From: Stramenopiles sp. TOSAG23-2
Taxonomy: Eukaryota
Length of the DNA stretch: 57,485 nt
Direction of reading: 5' to 3'
NCBI GenBank assembly: GCA_900128395.1
Contig: LT649256.1
Coordinates: 1-57,485 of the forward strand
The notes under the pieces were generated by a model. The model was not told where the DNA came from. It saw only the letters and a list, made by a program, of their open reading frames with translations, and ran no database searches. Below are positions 29,842-41,530 of the stretch, piece by piece. Every line of letters begins with the position of its first letter. Position 1 is the first letter of the stretch. The translations under genes were made by a program, and so were the position numbers.

Positions 29842-32729
29842 TGATGAGTAATTCAAATAATAATGCTCGTAATGGTCGTATTGTAGATGGTGTAGGAGGA
29901 GGAGGTAGGATGTATAATAATAATAATAACACCAACAACCGACAACAACCACGACCACCACCACCACCGCAACAAGGATATTATGGTGGTCGTTGTCCAC
30001 CTGCACCACCAATGCAATCACAACAACAAGGTCCTTATCGAGGAGGAAGAGGAGATAATAATAATAATAATATGATGGATCGTAATCGAAACCCAAATTA
30101 CAGAGATAACAACACTGGAAATAGTAGATCACAACAACAAGGTCCTTATCGAGGAGGAAGAGGAGATAATAATAATAATAATATGATGGATCGTAATCGA
30201 AACCCAAATTACAGAGATAACAACACTGGAAATAGTAGACGTGACGGCGGCAGCATCAAGAATAACAGTAGAATGATGATGAATAATACACAAATGGTAG
30301 TTTGTAAATTATGTAATCGACCTGGACATAAAATTATCCATTGCCCAATGCGTGACGAGAAAGTAAAACGTAAATATGAAAAAGAAGGTGTACCGCCATT
30401 AGGTTACATATGTAACATTTGCAAAAAACCTGGACATTTTATTAAAGCATGTCCAGAAGCAACTGCACCATCAACATATACATGTAAAATATGTGGTGCT
30501 GTTGGTAAACATATGATAACAAAATGTCCAAAGCGAACTGCGCCGGATACATATCAATGTAAAATTTGTGGTTTATGGGGTACACATTTAATTGAAGATT
30601 GTCCAAAGAAAGCACCACCACCTGGTACAGAAGCATCATCATCTCGTGCTGGGGGTAATAATGGCGATGACTATCGAAGCAATGATAATAATAATAATAA
30701 TATCAACAGAAGAGGAAATAATAATAATTATAATTCCAATCGTGGACCGCCTAATGGACCACCACCAAATAATAATAATACCAATAATAGAATTAATATG
30801 AAGAAGAACATGAAATATAGTTCAAAAAATTGTAGATATGGTAGTAAGTGTGAAGAATTATTTTGTCGTTATTATCATCCATCTATTCCAACATCTAATA
30901 ATAATAATAATAACAGCTCGAATAACAATGATATACAAACATCTATGAAAAAAAAACATTCTTCATCATCATCATCTTCTGGAAAAAATAATAAATGGAA
31001 TACATTGAAAATGGATAATATTCCTAAAGAAATAACGTTAAAGTCAATAATTCAATATTTAAATCGAGATGGTTATCGTGGAAAATATGATTTTTTATAT
31101 ATGCCAAGAAATTTCAATAATAAATTTAATATTGGTCGTGCATATATAAATTTCATAGATATACATGATTTGATTGAATTTACAAATAAATATCATGGAA
31201 AATATTGGACAGTGCTGTCACAAAAAAAATGTGAACTTAGTCTCTCAGATTATCAAGGCTCGGAAGCTATGTGGAAATATATTAAAACAACTACTTATTG
31301 GGTTGGCGGGTCATTTGAAGCGCCAATATCATTATTAGATAATGCATCTATACGGTGTTATAATTGTGGCGAATTTGGCCATAATAGAGATGAATGCCCA
31401 GAAACGGAAATACGCTGTTTTTATTGCAAGGAATTTGGTCATATGAAAAAAGATTGCCCACAAAGTAATCCAGATAAAATTAATAATAGTGTGTACAGTT
31501 TGCTACGGAGCAATGCTAACCATGATGATTCTGGGAAGGAAGAAAAAAAATCATTACAGTCTGACTATGTACATACTCCACCCTCTAAAAAAAGGGATAA
31601 TGCTGATAATGATGATCCAATTGAGAGATTGAAAAAGTTTTGCAGCGATAACTTTTATCCTGCGCCATTGTACAAAGAAATACAAAATGTTGATACTTCG
31701 GCCATTCACTTGAGTTGCAAAGCAGTCTGTTTTATAGATAAAAATATGGAAATATCATATTGCTCTAGCCTTGTAAACATTGATCATGAACCCGATAGTA
31801 ACTCATGGCGCGTTGAACCAGATAAATATAAGCGATTACATATGGCAAAAATTGTTGTTGCAATTAATACCTTGAAGAAAATTCGTATGCAATGGGATAT
31901 TAGACATGGTTTCATTGGTAATAATACTAATCCTGAAGGGAAAAATTCGCCATCATCATCTGCACCACAAATGCTAATGAATAATAATGAGGATAGCAAA
32001 AGACAAGCACAATTATCAAATGCTGAGTTGTTTAAGGTTCTGCATGATATATGTGATTCAAGTGATTCACCTGTTCTATCTTTACATGCATTTTCTAATA
32101 GGCTAAATCATATGTTCCGTGAACCTATATATACATTTTCCCGCAGAGAAGTAGTGGTACGACAACAAGGTAATAATGATAACAAAACGAATATAGATTA
32201 CGATGGTGTTCTAGATACAGAACCAGATTTTTTATTATGTCCAATTACACAAGAAGTTATGGATGATCCAGTGATAACATGTGATGGGCATACCTTTGAG
32301 CGTAAAGCTATTGAGGATTGGCTGAATAGAAATGATACCAATCCAATGACAGGTGCAAAAATGCAATCAAAAATCTTAACCAGCAATTATGCCTTACGCG
32401 ATGCATGTGCATCATTTAAAGCAAAAGATAAGAAACTTGCAGATATCAGGAGACAATATAAAAATGATTTAGTAAACAATACAGCAGGCATGGGTGCAGT
32501 GACTTATAAACATATACTTTCATGTAATTGTGTATTATACGATGTAGATGGTAATACCGTCTGTGGGTTTACAGAAGAATTAGAGGAAGCTGATGAAGAT
32601 AAAGAATGGATTTTAAGAAATGTTAATCGTGTAAATTCATTCAATCAAATTTCACCAATTGAAGACAAGTTGAAAAAAACCATTTCATCTAGAATATTGT
32701 TTTGCTTGAATGATTTTTTTCAAGAATAA
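29025..32729 (+). CDS. Multi-domain RNA-binding U-box protein (6 CCHC knuckles, CCCH finger, Mei2-type RRM, dsRBD-like segments, Asn-rich IDR)
   Basis: Likely start ATG 29025 (MSKKRW). CKLCNRPGHKIIHC-type knuckles x4; CRYGSKC..C..YH; NIPK...GKYDFLYMP...NIGRAYINF (RRM_2/Mei2); CYNCGEFGHNRDEC and CFYCKEFGHMKKDC; U-box FLLCPITQEVMDDPVITCDGHTFERKAIEDWL. Confidence 0.88.
30018..30239 (+). repeat. Perfect in-frame 2 x 111-bp (37 aa) duplication in the RGG/Asn-rich region
   Basis: SQQQGPYRGGRGDNNNNNMMDRNRNPNYRDNNTGNSR twice, starting at 30018 and 30129. Confidence 0.93.
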
Positions 32730-33067
32730 AAATGTTGTAAAATTATGGAGAGGAAAGAGAGTATTAAGATTATGTAGCTTTTTATAACCAAAATACGCGT
32801 TTGTATTATTTTGATTGTGAGAAATCAGGGTGTGATTTATATGTACGTAATGGCGACACATATTACACGGAGTTTTTTAAAAATCCACAAAAATAATATT
32901 TTAAATTTTTTTTTATTTTTATTTTTTTTATTTAAATATTATTTATATAAATATATATGAGTAAGAGAACATTTTAATATAAAAAATACGAGTAAATAAA
33001 TTAAATACAAAGCGTACTATACACTACCACCGGTAGTCGTCGTTTAGAAACAAAATATATAAATATT

Positions 33068-34477
33068 TTATGAATCGAAAATTTTAAAAATGGTATGAAT
33101 ATTTGCACGACAAATTGGGCATTTTCCTCCCCCTTTCCGACTCACAGAAGTTGCACAATCACTACATAGACAATGATGACCACATGGTATTATGGCATGT
33201 GTTGGTTCATTACCCAAACAAATTACGCATGTTCGTTCAGCTGCTTTACGCTTGACACCTTTTTTTCCCTGCTGAACGCTTGATGAGGACGATGAGGAAG
33301 ACGATCCTTCAAATTCTTCAATAAATTTTGGTAGTTGCTCTTTAATAGCTGCATTTTGTGAAAGTTTCCCTATTAATGCCCTACTGCCACCTAAACTAAT
33401 ATTTTTAGCCGGGCAATCTTTTAGTACAAACACACCCTCAGGTTGAAGATCATTTGAGATCAAATTAACATATTCAAGTTTACGACATTTTGACAAAGTT
33501 TCAGGTAAATACTTTAAACCACAATTAGTCACTTTCAGCATTATTAAATTTTTGCAATTTCCAATTGATTCTGGGAGAGTTACAAGTGTTAGGTCACTTA
33601 TATCAATGCATTCAAGTTTTTCCGGCAATTGCGTGTGTGAATCAATTAGTAATGGCATAGGTACTGAGAACGACAAATCACTATAACCTCTTCGTCCACC
33701 TCCTGTTAATACTAAAGTTTCTAATGAAACTAAGGAACTTAAAAATATTATTGAACTGGGCGTTTTGAATGTAGTGCCTTCCAACATCAACACTTTTAAA
33801 GTTTTGAAACAAGGAAGTGGCTCAAGCCCTTTAAAATTCGTGCATAAACTTAACCTAAAATTTTCCAAACTATTAACCAATTTTAAGCTTTCTTTTAAAT
33901 CAATGTTGTCACCATCACAATCGGTTAATTCAAGTTCAGTTAAAGTTTGAGGAAATTTTGGAAGACCGTGTGTGTAAAAGTGTCCTGCTCTCTCTTCAGG
34001 ACCTCGGAGATCATGCTCTAGGAGATCATGCTTTATAGAAGGCCTTTCTGTAAAAGATTCAAATTCACTACAATATTCCAAACTCGGGATGTCAAATTCA
34101 AAAGCGTGACCCTTATCTATATAGATGGAGATTAGCCGTTTTGCAATTAAAGCTAAATCTTCTGGACGTATTTTAAATTTTTTTACATTTCCCAGTCGAA
34201 GGTCAATGTGGCCTTTTTTTTTCTTCTCCTTATGACGATTATAAACACACTTACATTTACGAGTACGACATTCGCATCTAAAGGCTTTAAGTAATTCGAA
34301 ATATTTCCTTGATATTGAACGAATTGGACCTTCAACATATTTTGAAGCTTCAGGTGTATTTTTCGTATCACGATAAACATCTTCTGGGTCAAATAAAACT
34401 ACAGATTCATAGGGATGTTTACTAACTGACAATAGCAATTCTTCGTTTTCAAGAGGAGTAATAGCTAATTGTGTCAT
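33068..34477 (-). CDS. LRR protein with C-terminal RING finger (putative E3 ligase)
   Basis: LxxLxL repeats (LPESIGNCKNLIMLKV, LPETLSKCRKLEYVNLISNDL); RING CVIC...PCGHHCLCSDC...CPICR. First ATG at 34477. Confidence 0.88.
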   Translation of the reverse strand: MTQLAITPLENEELLLSVSKHPYESVVLFDPEDVYRDTKNTPEASKYVEGPIRSISRKYFELLKAFRCECRTRKCKCVYNRHKEKKKKGHIDLRLGNVKKFKIRPEDLALIAKRLISIYIDKGHAFEFDIPSLEYCSEFESFTERPSIKHDLLEHDLRGPEERAGHFYTHGLPKFPQTLTELELTDCDGDNIDLKESLKLVNSLENFRLSLCTNFKGLEPLPCFKTLKVLMLEGTTFKTPSSIIFLSSLVSLETLVLTGGGRRGYSDLSFSVPMPLLIDSHTQLPEKLECIDISDLTLVTLPESIGNCKNLIMLKVTNCGLKYLPETLSKCRKLEYVNLISNDLQPEGVFVLKDCPAKNISLGGSRALIGKLSQNAAIKEQLPKFIEEFEGSSSSSSSSSVQQGKKGVKRKAAERTCVICLGNEPTHAIIPCGHHCLCSDCATSVSRKGGGKCPICRANIHTIFKIFDS

Positions 34478-35653
34478 TTTATATATATCCAAAGTACAAA
34501 TATATAAATATATATATATAATAATTAATTACTTAGTTTTTACTGTTTTGAGACAATAACAACAATAAAAACAATTTCTACGAAGAATGAAATAAAAATA
34601 TACTTTTCAATCTACATTTACACGTAGGTGTGTTTTTTTAGTTTTACAATTAATATCAAATCGTTTCTTTGTAGATTCACAATACAGATCTGTTATATCT
34701 TAGATAATAAATAAATATATTTTTTTTGTGTTGAATTGGGTCTTTTTTGAAGAAAGAAACCAATATGAAATTTTGGTTTATGTATACTTAAAAGGTGTTT
34801 ACACTACATTTTTACTAGGTGAATTTAGCACCGTCATACGCCTCTCCCTCAGGTTCGCAAACGCACTCTATAATAATTTTTTTGTATATTTTTTCACTAA
34901 TTAAAACTTATATCAGAGAGATATTTTTATAAAACCATTAAATTTATACGACCGTAAATATTACACTTCGTTTTGATATTCTATATACACAGTACAACAA
35001 ACACTTTAACACTTTTACATCATTTGATATTTTTCCAAAGTCACAATCGCGTGGAATGGCGCACAGGAATACCATCATTAGATTCTCTTTCAGCTATTTT
35101 TTGCTTGTACTTCTTTGGTTTGACTTTCCTGTCGAATTTAGCGAGGATGCTGGTTCAACCGTTTGTTTCTCCAACCATGTACCTATACGTTTGAAAAACA
35201 TGGTATCTGAATGTCCTAATAGCGTCTCGTCGAGCCTTTTTCTATATTGCATCAATGTATTAATTAAAATTTCTGTTTCGTTATTTCTAGAACTAAATAC
35301 ACACCCGGCCGCTTCACATTTGTTACGTAAAGTTTTTTCAGAAAAATCATTCATATCTACGTAATATATTAAAATGTACCTTCCAAACTTTGTTGATGCG
35401 GGGGCGATCGGGCTGTAATAGATATATTCAATATATATATATATGATGTTATCTCTTTTTTTCACATTTGAATGTCGTTCAATATGATTATGACTAGATG
35501 CATCTGTATCATGTGTATTATGTTAAATGTGTGTTTGGTCCCCATCTTTTTTACTACTTTTTTTTTTTAGGAACGAGGAGGCATCCCTTTTGCAATAATG
35601 AATAGTGTTATTTGGGGGAAGAAAAATTTCTGAAATCGTTCCTACTTTTTTTT

Positions 35654-35746
35654 AAAATATATTAAGTATATATATTTGTATACTAATACTTTTATCAAAT
35701 CAAATAGTAATATTTAGTATACAAATTTATATACTTGATATATTTT
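35654..35746. repeat. Long inverted repeat / hairpin (33-bp arms, 27-nt spacer)
   Basis: 35654..35686 AAAATATATTAAGTATATATATTTGTATACTAA pairs with 35714..35746 TTAGTATACAAATTTATATACTTGATATATTTT at 31 of 33 positions. Confidence 0.85.
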
Positions 35747-36380
35747 TTATTAATTGTATGTAGTACGATTTCAACACACCACAACAACCATCAGCGGCAT
35801 TGCGTTAGCATGGGCATAGCATTACAGCCCAAATTTTGGAGTTATATTTTAGGGTTTTTTAAGTTACCGAACTGATTATTTAGAGTGAGATGGTAATAAT
35901 AATATCCGATAATTAATAATTATTGACAAGATTCACATATATTTATTTTATAATTATTTTTATATATAAAAATTCCTGAAATGTTATTGATTTTTTTGGG
36001 GCAAAATCCATCGGCATCACGAGTCGTCATTTTAAAACTCTCTGCCTAATCTCTGATCTCTGGTAGTACTGTATAAGTACTCATATTAGTGGAACAACAA
36101 CACACTACAACAATTTATTTATTTATACTTGAAGGCGAAATTAGAATAGCAATACTACTACTATGGCCATGTAAGAAAATATCATCATCATTTTTTTAAT
36201 AATTCGTTCGTGAACAATTAATTAAAGGTGGGGTATGGATAATAAAAGTGACAGACGCGACAGACGACACAAGGAATATTTCTCCCAAATTTCTTTTTTA
36301 AAAGTGAAATATTAGAATTACAAATTTAACATCTATATAAGTAAAATAGAAAGAAGAAAGAAAAATATTATAAAATAAAA

Positions 36381-37592
36381 ATGGGTGCAGGTGCTTCTGT
36401 TTCGATGCAAGAGGAAATGAAAAAACCACTTGATGCGTCTGATGTTGCAACACCAAGAGGTGAAAGTGCTAAAGCGGAAGTTATAAGACTACGTAAATTA
36501 ATATATGACCAACAAAGAACACAACGTTTAAAGTGTGCTGTTATGGGTAGTATGTTGTGTGATGCAGCATCGTCTACGTTGTTATGGAATTATGATGTTG
36601 AAAATTTAAAAGAAGTTGTGGGCGATAAGGAACCATTCTTTTTTGATAAAGCTTATATTGCACCATATTTAAAATCCTTCCAAGAACAAGGCTGTTATAC
36701 AACACCCTCATCATTTTCTCCTTTTGGGGATCAAAATTTATGCTTTTTAGAATCTATTAGAAACGTTGATAAAACAAAAGATATAGATGGATCATTTCAT
36801 GAAGAAGCATATGTTAAATGGGCAACTGACTTTAAAGGATATAAAGAATTTAATGTGAAAATGTTTGAAGCTGCATATGCTGAAGGTAAAAGATATCCAG
36901 AAACTGGTCAAAAAGGTGCTATGGGGGAGCAAGCAGAACATATGGGAAAAGGTGCACTTTGTGCACTGAAATATCGTGATCAAGCAAAAGAATTTCAAGA
37001 GAAGCAATGCAAAGCATTTACGATGGTATCTCATGCAGCACCATGGACATTAGAACTGACAAATTTTCAAATGAAAATGATTATATATTTGGCGGAAGGT
37101 AAAAATGTTACTGAAGCAACAGATCTAGCATTAGCAGAGGTCGATGGAGATATGCAAAGCGATGCTAATCCAGGTAATAGTTCCCTTAAAGAATTGCTTA
37201 CACATACACGCAACAATTTATGTAAAGATGGTGTATCAATGTATAAGATGATGAACGAACATTTTCGAAAAGATGCTTGGAAAAAGAAAGCTTCTGAATT
37301 ATTCCCAGATTACCACCCCCCAACAGAAACCATGGATGACTTTGTAAAAGCTACATGCATTAATTGTTTCTCATTGAATGGTTTTGTAATATGTATGAAT
37401 ATATTGCATCAAACGACTGATTGGAAAGAAGCAATGGGATTAAACATCATGACAGGTGGTGATTCAGCTGGACGTGGTTTATTCTTAGGATCATGCCTAG
37501 GGGCTATTAATGGTACGTTACCATCTGATTTAGCACAGGCATGGGAATCACATGATAAAATTAAAGCAATGGTTGAGGAATGTGCAATGTAA
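36381..37592 (+). CDS. ADP-ribosylglycohydrolase family (crystallin J1/SelJ-like) with myristoylated N-terminal module
   Basis: AVMGSMLCDAAS..LLWNYD, SPFGDQ, SH, NIMTGGDSAGRGLFLGSCLGA; N-terminus MGAGAS. No in-frame TGA. Confidence 0.85.
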   Translation: MGAGASVSMQEEMKKPLDASDVATPRGESAKAEVIRLRKLIYDQQRTQRLKCAVMGSMLCDAASSTLLWNYDVENLKEVVGDKEPFFFDKAYIAPYLKSFQEQGCYTTPSSFSPFGDQNLCFLESIRNVDKTKDIDGSFHEEAYVKWATDFKGYKEFNVKMFEAAYAEGKRYPETGQKGAMGEQAEHMGKGALCALKYRDQAKEFQEKQCKAFTMVSHAAPWTLELTNFQMKMIIYLAEGKNVTEATDLALAEVDGDMQSDANPGNSSLKELLTHTRNNLCKDGVSMYKMMNEHFRKDAWKKKASELFPDYHPPTETMDDFVKATCINCFSLNGFVICMNILHQTTDWKEAMGLNIMTGGDSAGRGLFLGSCLGAINGTLPSDLAQAWESHDKIKAMVEECAM

Positions 37593-38190
37593 TTATACTG
37601 CATTATGTGTATCAATTTAGAGATTTCAAGAGACAAATGGTATTCTTTTTTTATATATACGTTTAGGGCTTATACATTCGTATTAGCTGCAAAGTTAATT
37701 AAGAAAAAAACGACACGTACACTACGAGACATAAAACGAGAATCTATAATATATAATTTGTCGATAAAAGAACACGTAAAAATACAGCAGAAAAAGTTTT
37801 TTACTTTCTTTTTATATATATAAAATAAAATATTTAAAAATATATTACGCTCGTTAAAATCTAATATTAAATATATATGCTACATATTGAAATTGGTACG
37901 AGTATATGATACAGTGCTACACCATGATATAAAAATTTTCTCTTACTACCATGATATATATTAAAATATAATGTGTGTACATATATTATTTTTTTTTTCC
38001 TCCTCCGTGCTCACTTCTCTCCGAAATCTTTTTTTAATTACGCTCTCTCCTAGATACACCCACTGTTTTTTCTTTTAAATTCTCTAGAGATATATATTAT
38101 TATATACTGTATGTAGAGTGTTCTATTTAAATTTTGCTCTCTCCTTTTATTTTTTATTTTAAACTTTAAAATTTGTACTCCTCTTTCTTT

Positions 38191-38322
38191 TTTTTAATTT
38201 TAATTTGTGATACTGTCCCACGTTTTTTTTCCCCTCTAAATATTTTCATATTTTTTTAATTTTAATTTACTTTTTTTTTGTGATACTACTGTCCCACGTT
38301 TTTTTTTCCCTCTAAATATTTT
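38191..38322. repeat. Imperfect tandem duplication in septin 3' flank
   Basis: TGTGATAC(TAC)TGTCCCACGTTTTTTTTnCCCTCTAAATATTTT occurs twice. Confidence 0.8.
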
Positions 38323-38412
38323 TATTATTTAATATTTTTTAAGAAATTGTTGTCACATCGTTTTAACAACCAACAATATATAAGTTTGAATATATAGCAC
38401 TTAGTTTTCACT

Positions 38413-40641
38413 TCAATGTGATTCACTGATTGTCTTCCATTTTTCCATAATTCGTTTCATGTAATCGTCCATATTTTGGAAGTAACTATCCATCGAATCA
38501 TAATAATTATTATCGGCATTATCACCATCATTACCAAACCACCAAAAAGTTGTAGTAGATGCATCATTAGAAGGCGTTTTATGATCATTGTTTGATTTTA
38601 ATGTTTCTTTCAAAACTTCTTCCGTTGCTTGTTGCTCAAGAATATCGTTCATGTAACTTTCGCACTTTTTCAACTTAGTTTCAACGTTGGGCATTTCTTT
38701 AATAATTTTATTGTTCAATTCAAAGTACATTTTATCATATTCAAATTTACATTGTTCAAGTGATTGAAATGAATTTGCATTGATTGAATATTGTTGATTC
38801 TCGTCATTCTTAACACTTGCATTGTCTTTTGATTTTACATCATTAGGAATCTTCCTAGCAAATGTATTTTCAATCTTTTCCTGTAAAGATGCACTACCAA
38901 CTGGATTTGCAGCAGCATGATTGCTTCCACCATACATTAAATATGCAATTATAATTGTTGCAAAAAAGAGAATGGATAACGTAATGTGTAATGGAACATT
39001 ACGATGATTATATTCTTTTCTTTGAACTTCTTTTCTCCATGCACGGTAACGTTTTTCTGTCTCATCTCTTAAACGTATCATTCCACGGTTATCGCCTTTA
39101 AATAACATATTCTCTAATCTTTCAAAATCAGAGTGATAACGATCATTAATTCGGCAGTTTCCCCATGGATATGGTCTAGCTTGTGGATTACCATATTCAT
39201 CAAATTCATCACGTGCAACAATTGCATATATGTCATCTACACATGCTTTATAACCATGTTGACCTTGTTCAAATGAATAATTTGGAGGTGCAATAGAATT
39301 GTTCTTCTTTTTCATTCTACGTGTTTCAATACGAAAATAATTAATATTAAAGGCTTCAAGACTTTTAATAACTCCATTATCTTGGCGATCTTCTTCTTCT
39401 TCTTCTTCTTCGTCATTGTTGTCACCACTATTGGTGGTAACATTTGCTTGATTTTCAACATTATTATTGTTACCTTCAATATCATCAATAACTTCACGTC
39501 TATCATGTCCATATTTTGTCAAGTTAGCAATTTTTTCTTCGGTATAATAATCACGAAAGATATATGTATTCAATTCTGGGATCGTCAAACTGTCAGTTTT
39601 TGCTATAACAGGAACTACTGGGACGTAATCTTGCAAATTAAACATATTAATTTTATCGCAATTACGTACACGTGATGGTTGCATGAAATATAAACAACAA
39701 TGGACTCGTGGATCTTGTAATATTTCAGATTCATCATAATCACCACTTGCTTCAATTCTACGCCATTCTTGAAATTTTTCCTTGATATAATTTTGAATTG
39801 GCATAAAGCTTTTCTTTTCATTCATAGTATCACCAAAACCAATTGAATCGACTACTGTAACAATTAACTTGCGATCATTCTCTAAATCCCATGGAAATTC
39901 TAAACGTGCAATTTCGCCAGTCTTCTTCGTTTTTTTAACCTTTTTGTTTTTCTCTAAAAACTTGATCCAACTTTCCTCTTTATGGTAATATCGGCAAATA
40001 CCAAAAACAAGAGCTCGAAGAAGCGTAGATTTTCCTAAGCCTTGAGCACCAGCGACAAGAATATTTAATCTTAAATCTTTTACAAACCTATTTGTATATG
40101 ATTCTTTTGATGATTGTGCTCGTTTTGCTATAACAACATTATCCGCTGAGATTTTTTCATCGACTTTTACCGTCACAGGTGTTGATGTAAGATTTTCATC
40201 AACAACCGCTGCTGCTGCTGCTGCTGCTGCATTTCCTGATGAAGATGATAATGATGATGTTGAAGACACTTTTTTACCATCACGATGTACATTTTCGTTG
40301 TTTGTCAATCCTGATCCAAACGAACCATAATCAAGATGTTCTTGCATATTTCTAATCCCATTTGCATTGGTCTCATCGTTACCATCTGTATTGTTATTAG
40401 GATTTTCAACTAAGACAATACTATTTGAATCAAGAACCGTCACTTCTTCTACTTCTTCTTCTTCATGATTACCTCCTCCTTGCATTTCCACTGAAGAATG
40501 ATTATTGTTTGATAATACATCATCGTTCATATTTGATTGTTGTTTTTTGTTATTATCGTTGTTATTGTTTTCTACTAATGTTTTCAATGCCATGTCTTGT
40601 TTTTGTTGTTTTTCTCCTTTTGCACTTTTTTTTCTTTTCAT
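38413..40641 (-). CDS. Septin GTPase with a C-terminal transmembrane helix
   Basis: NILVAGAQGLGKSTL (G1), DSIGFGD (G3), DPRVHCCLYF, VVPVIAKTD (G4), RPYPWG and HSDF (septin unique element); then ITLSILFFATIIIAYLMYG. Confidence 0.9.
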   Translation of the reverse strand: MKRKKSAKGEKQQKQDMALKTLVENNNNDNNKKQQSNMNDDVLSNNNHSSVEMQGGGNHEEEEVEEVTVLDSNSIVLVENPNNNTDGNDETNANGIRNMQEHLDYGSFGSGLTNNENVHRDGKKVSSTSSLSSSSGNAAAAAAAAVVDENLTSTPVTVKVDEKISADNVVIAKRAQSSKESYTNRFVKDLRLNILVAGAQGLGKSTLLRALVFGICRYYHKEESWIKFLEKNKKVKKTKKTGEIARLEFPWDLENDRKLIVTVVDSIGFGDTMNEKKSFMPIQNYIKEKFQEWRRIEASGDYDESEILQDPRVHCCLYFMQPSRVRNCDKINMFNLQDYVPVVPVIAKTDSLTIPELNTYIFRDYYTEEKIANLTKYGHDRREVIDDIEGNNNNVENQANVTTNSGDNNDEEEEEEEDRQDNGVIKSLEAFNINYFRIETRRMKKKNNSIAPPNYSFEQGQHGYKACVDDIYAIVARDEFDEYGNPQARPYPWGNCRINDRYHSDFERLENMLFKGDNRGMIRLRDETEKRYRAWRKEVQRKEYNHRNVPLHITLSILFFATIIIAYLMYGGSNHAAANPVGSASLQEKIENTFARKIPNDVKSKDNASVKNDENQQYSINANSFQSLEQCKFEYDKMYFELNNKIIKEMPNVETKLKKCESYMNDILEQQATEEVLKETLKSNNDHKTPSNDASTTTFWWFGNDGDNADNNYYDSMDSYFQNMDDYMKRIMEKWKTISESH

Positions 40642-41530
40642 GTGGTTAAATACATTTTGTTTATATACTCTGTATTAAAGTAGTTTTATCTGAGTTAAAG
40701 TGTTGTAAATTAATTGAAAATGGTGGTCTTTTTCCATTGTATTTCCATGGTAATATATAATACCAGGTATTTGCGAAGAGTAAAAAAATTAAAATTGCAA
40801 ATTTTTTGGATGTCATTTTTCTAAAATAAAATAAAACTACACAGTATGGAAAAATTGAAAACACACCGTGGGAGAATATCTTAAATCTGTATACTAAAAC
40901 CTTAAAAAAATAAAAATAATGCTAGGGAAATCATCCTGGTTTTAGTATAAGAACAAAGGTACTCGAGTATATACTTTTGTTTGTTTTTTTTTGTCATATC
41001 GATTAAGAAGGTTGGTGGTTTCCTGGGTCTTGCACTTTTCCTTGGCCTTTACCTTTTTCGAAAGCTCCTGACCCTCCTCTGTTTTCAATTGATAGTTGTC
41101 AAGGGTCATTTTGGATTCAAAAACCTCCGGTGCAAATACAATTGACATTAATGTGATGTCGTCTACCAAATAGGCTGCTAAACTCTGTGTCACTTTGTTA
41201 TAATTAGTATGATTATAATATTACGAACGTATTTAAAATATGGAATCTCACTTTTTTAAAAAAAAAACTCCCGGACACAAATACGAACTTCGTATATTTT
41301 AACAAATTGTACTGGAAATTACAGTTGTGCTGCACGTATATTTCTGGTTACATGTGTGATTAATTAAACAAGATATGATGTATAACACAAAATTACTTTT
41401 TTTGCATGTATAATCAATTTTTCCTCTTGTTTAAAAATAAAAAAAAAACAACACACACGTCATCTTTTTCAAGATATTAAATTTATAAAAACTTGGTGTG
41501 ACCGCGCGCTCAACACACAACAACATATTT

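Noticed and set aside
35041-35360. Minus-strand ORF fragment (MNDFSEKTLRNKCEAAG...)
   Set aside because: Coding-like but short, with a possible frame break and no recognisable domain; cannot be supported as a gene.
36381-37592. Selenoprotein J (Sec-containing)
   Set aside because: No in-frame TGA and no evident SECIS in the 3' flank.
40942-41193. 83-aa minus-strand ORF between the septin and NMO genes
   Set aside because: GTG start and no motif; may be a gene or TE relic but is unsupported.
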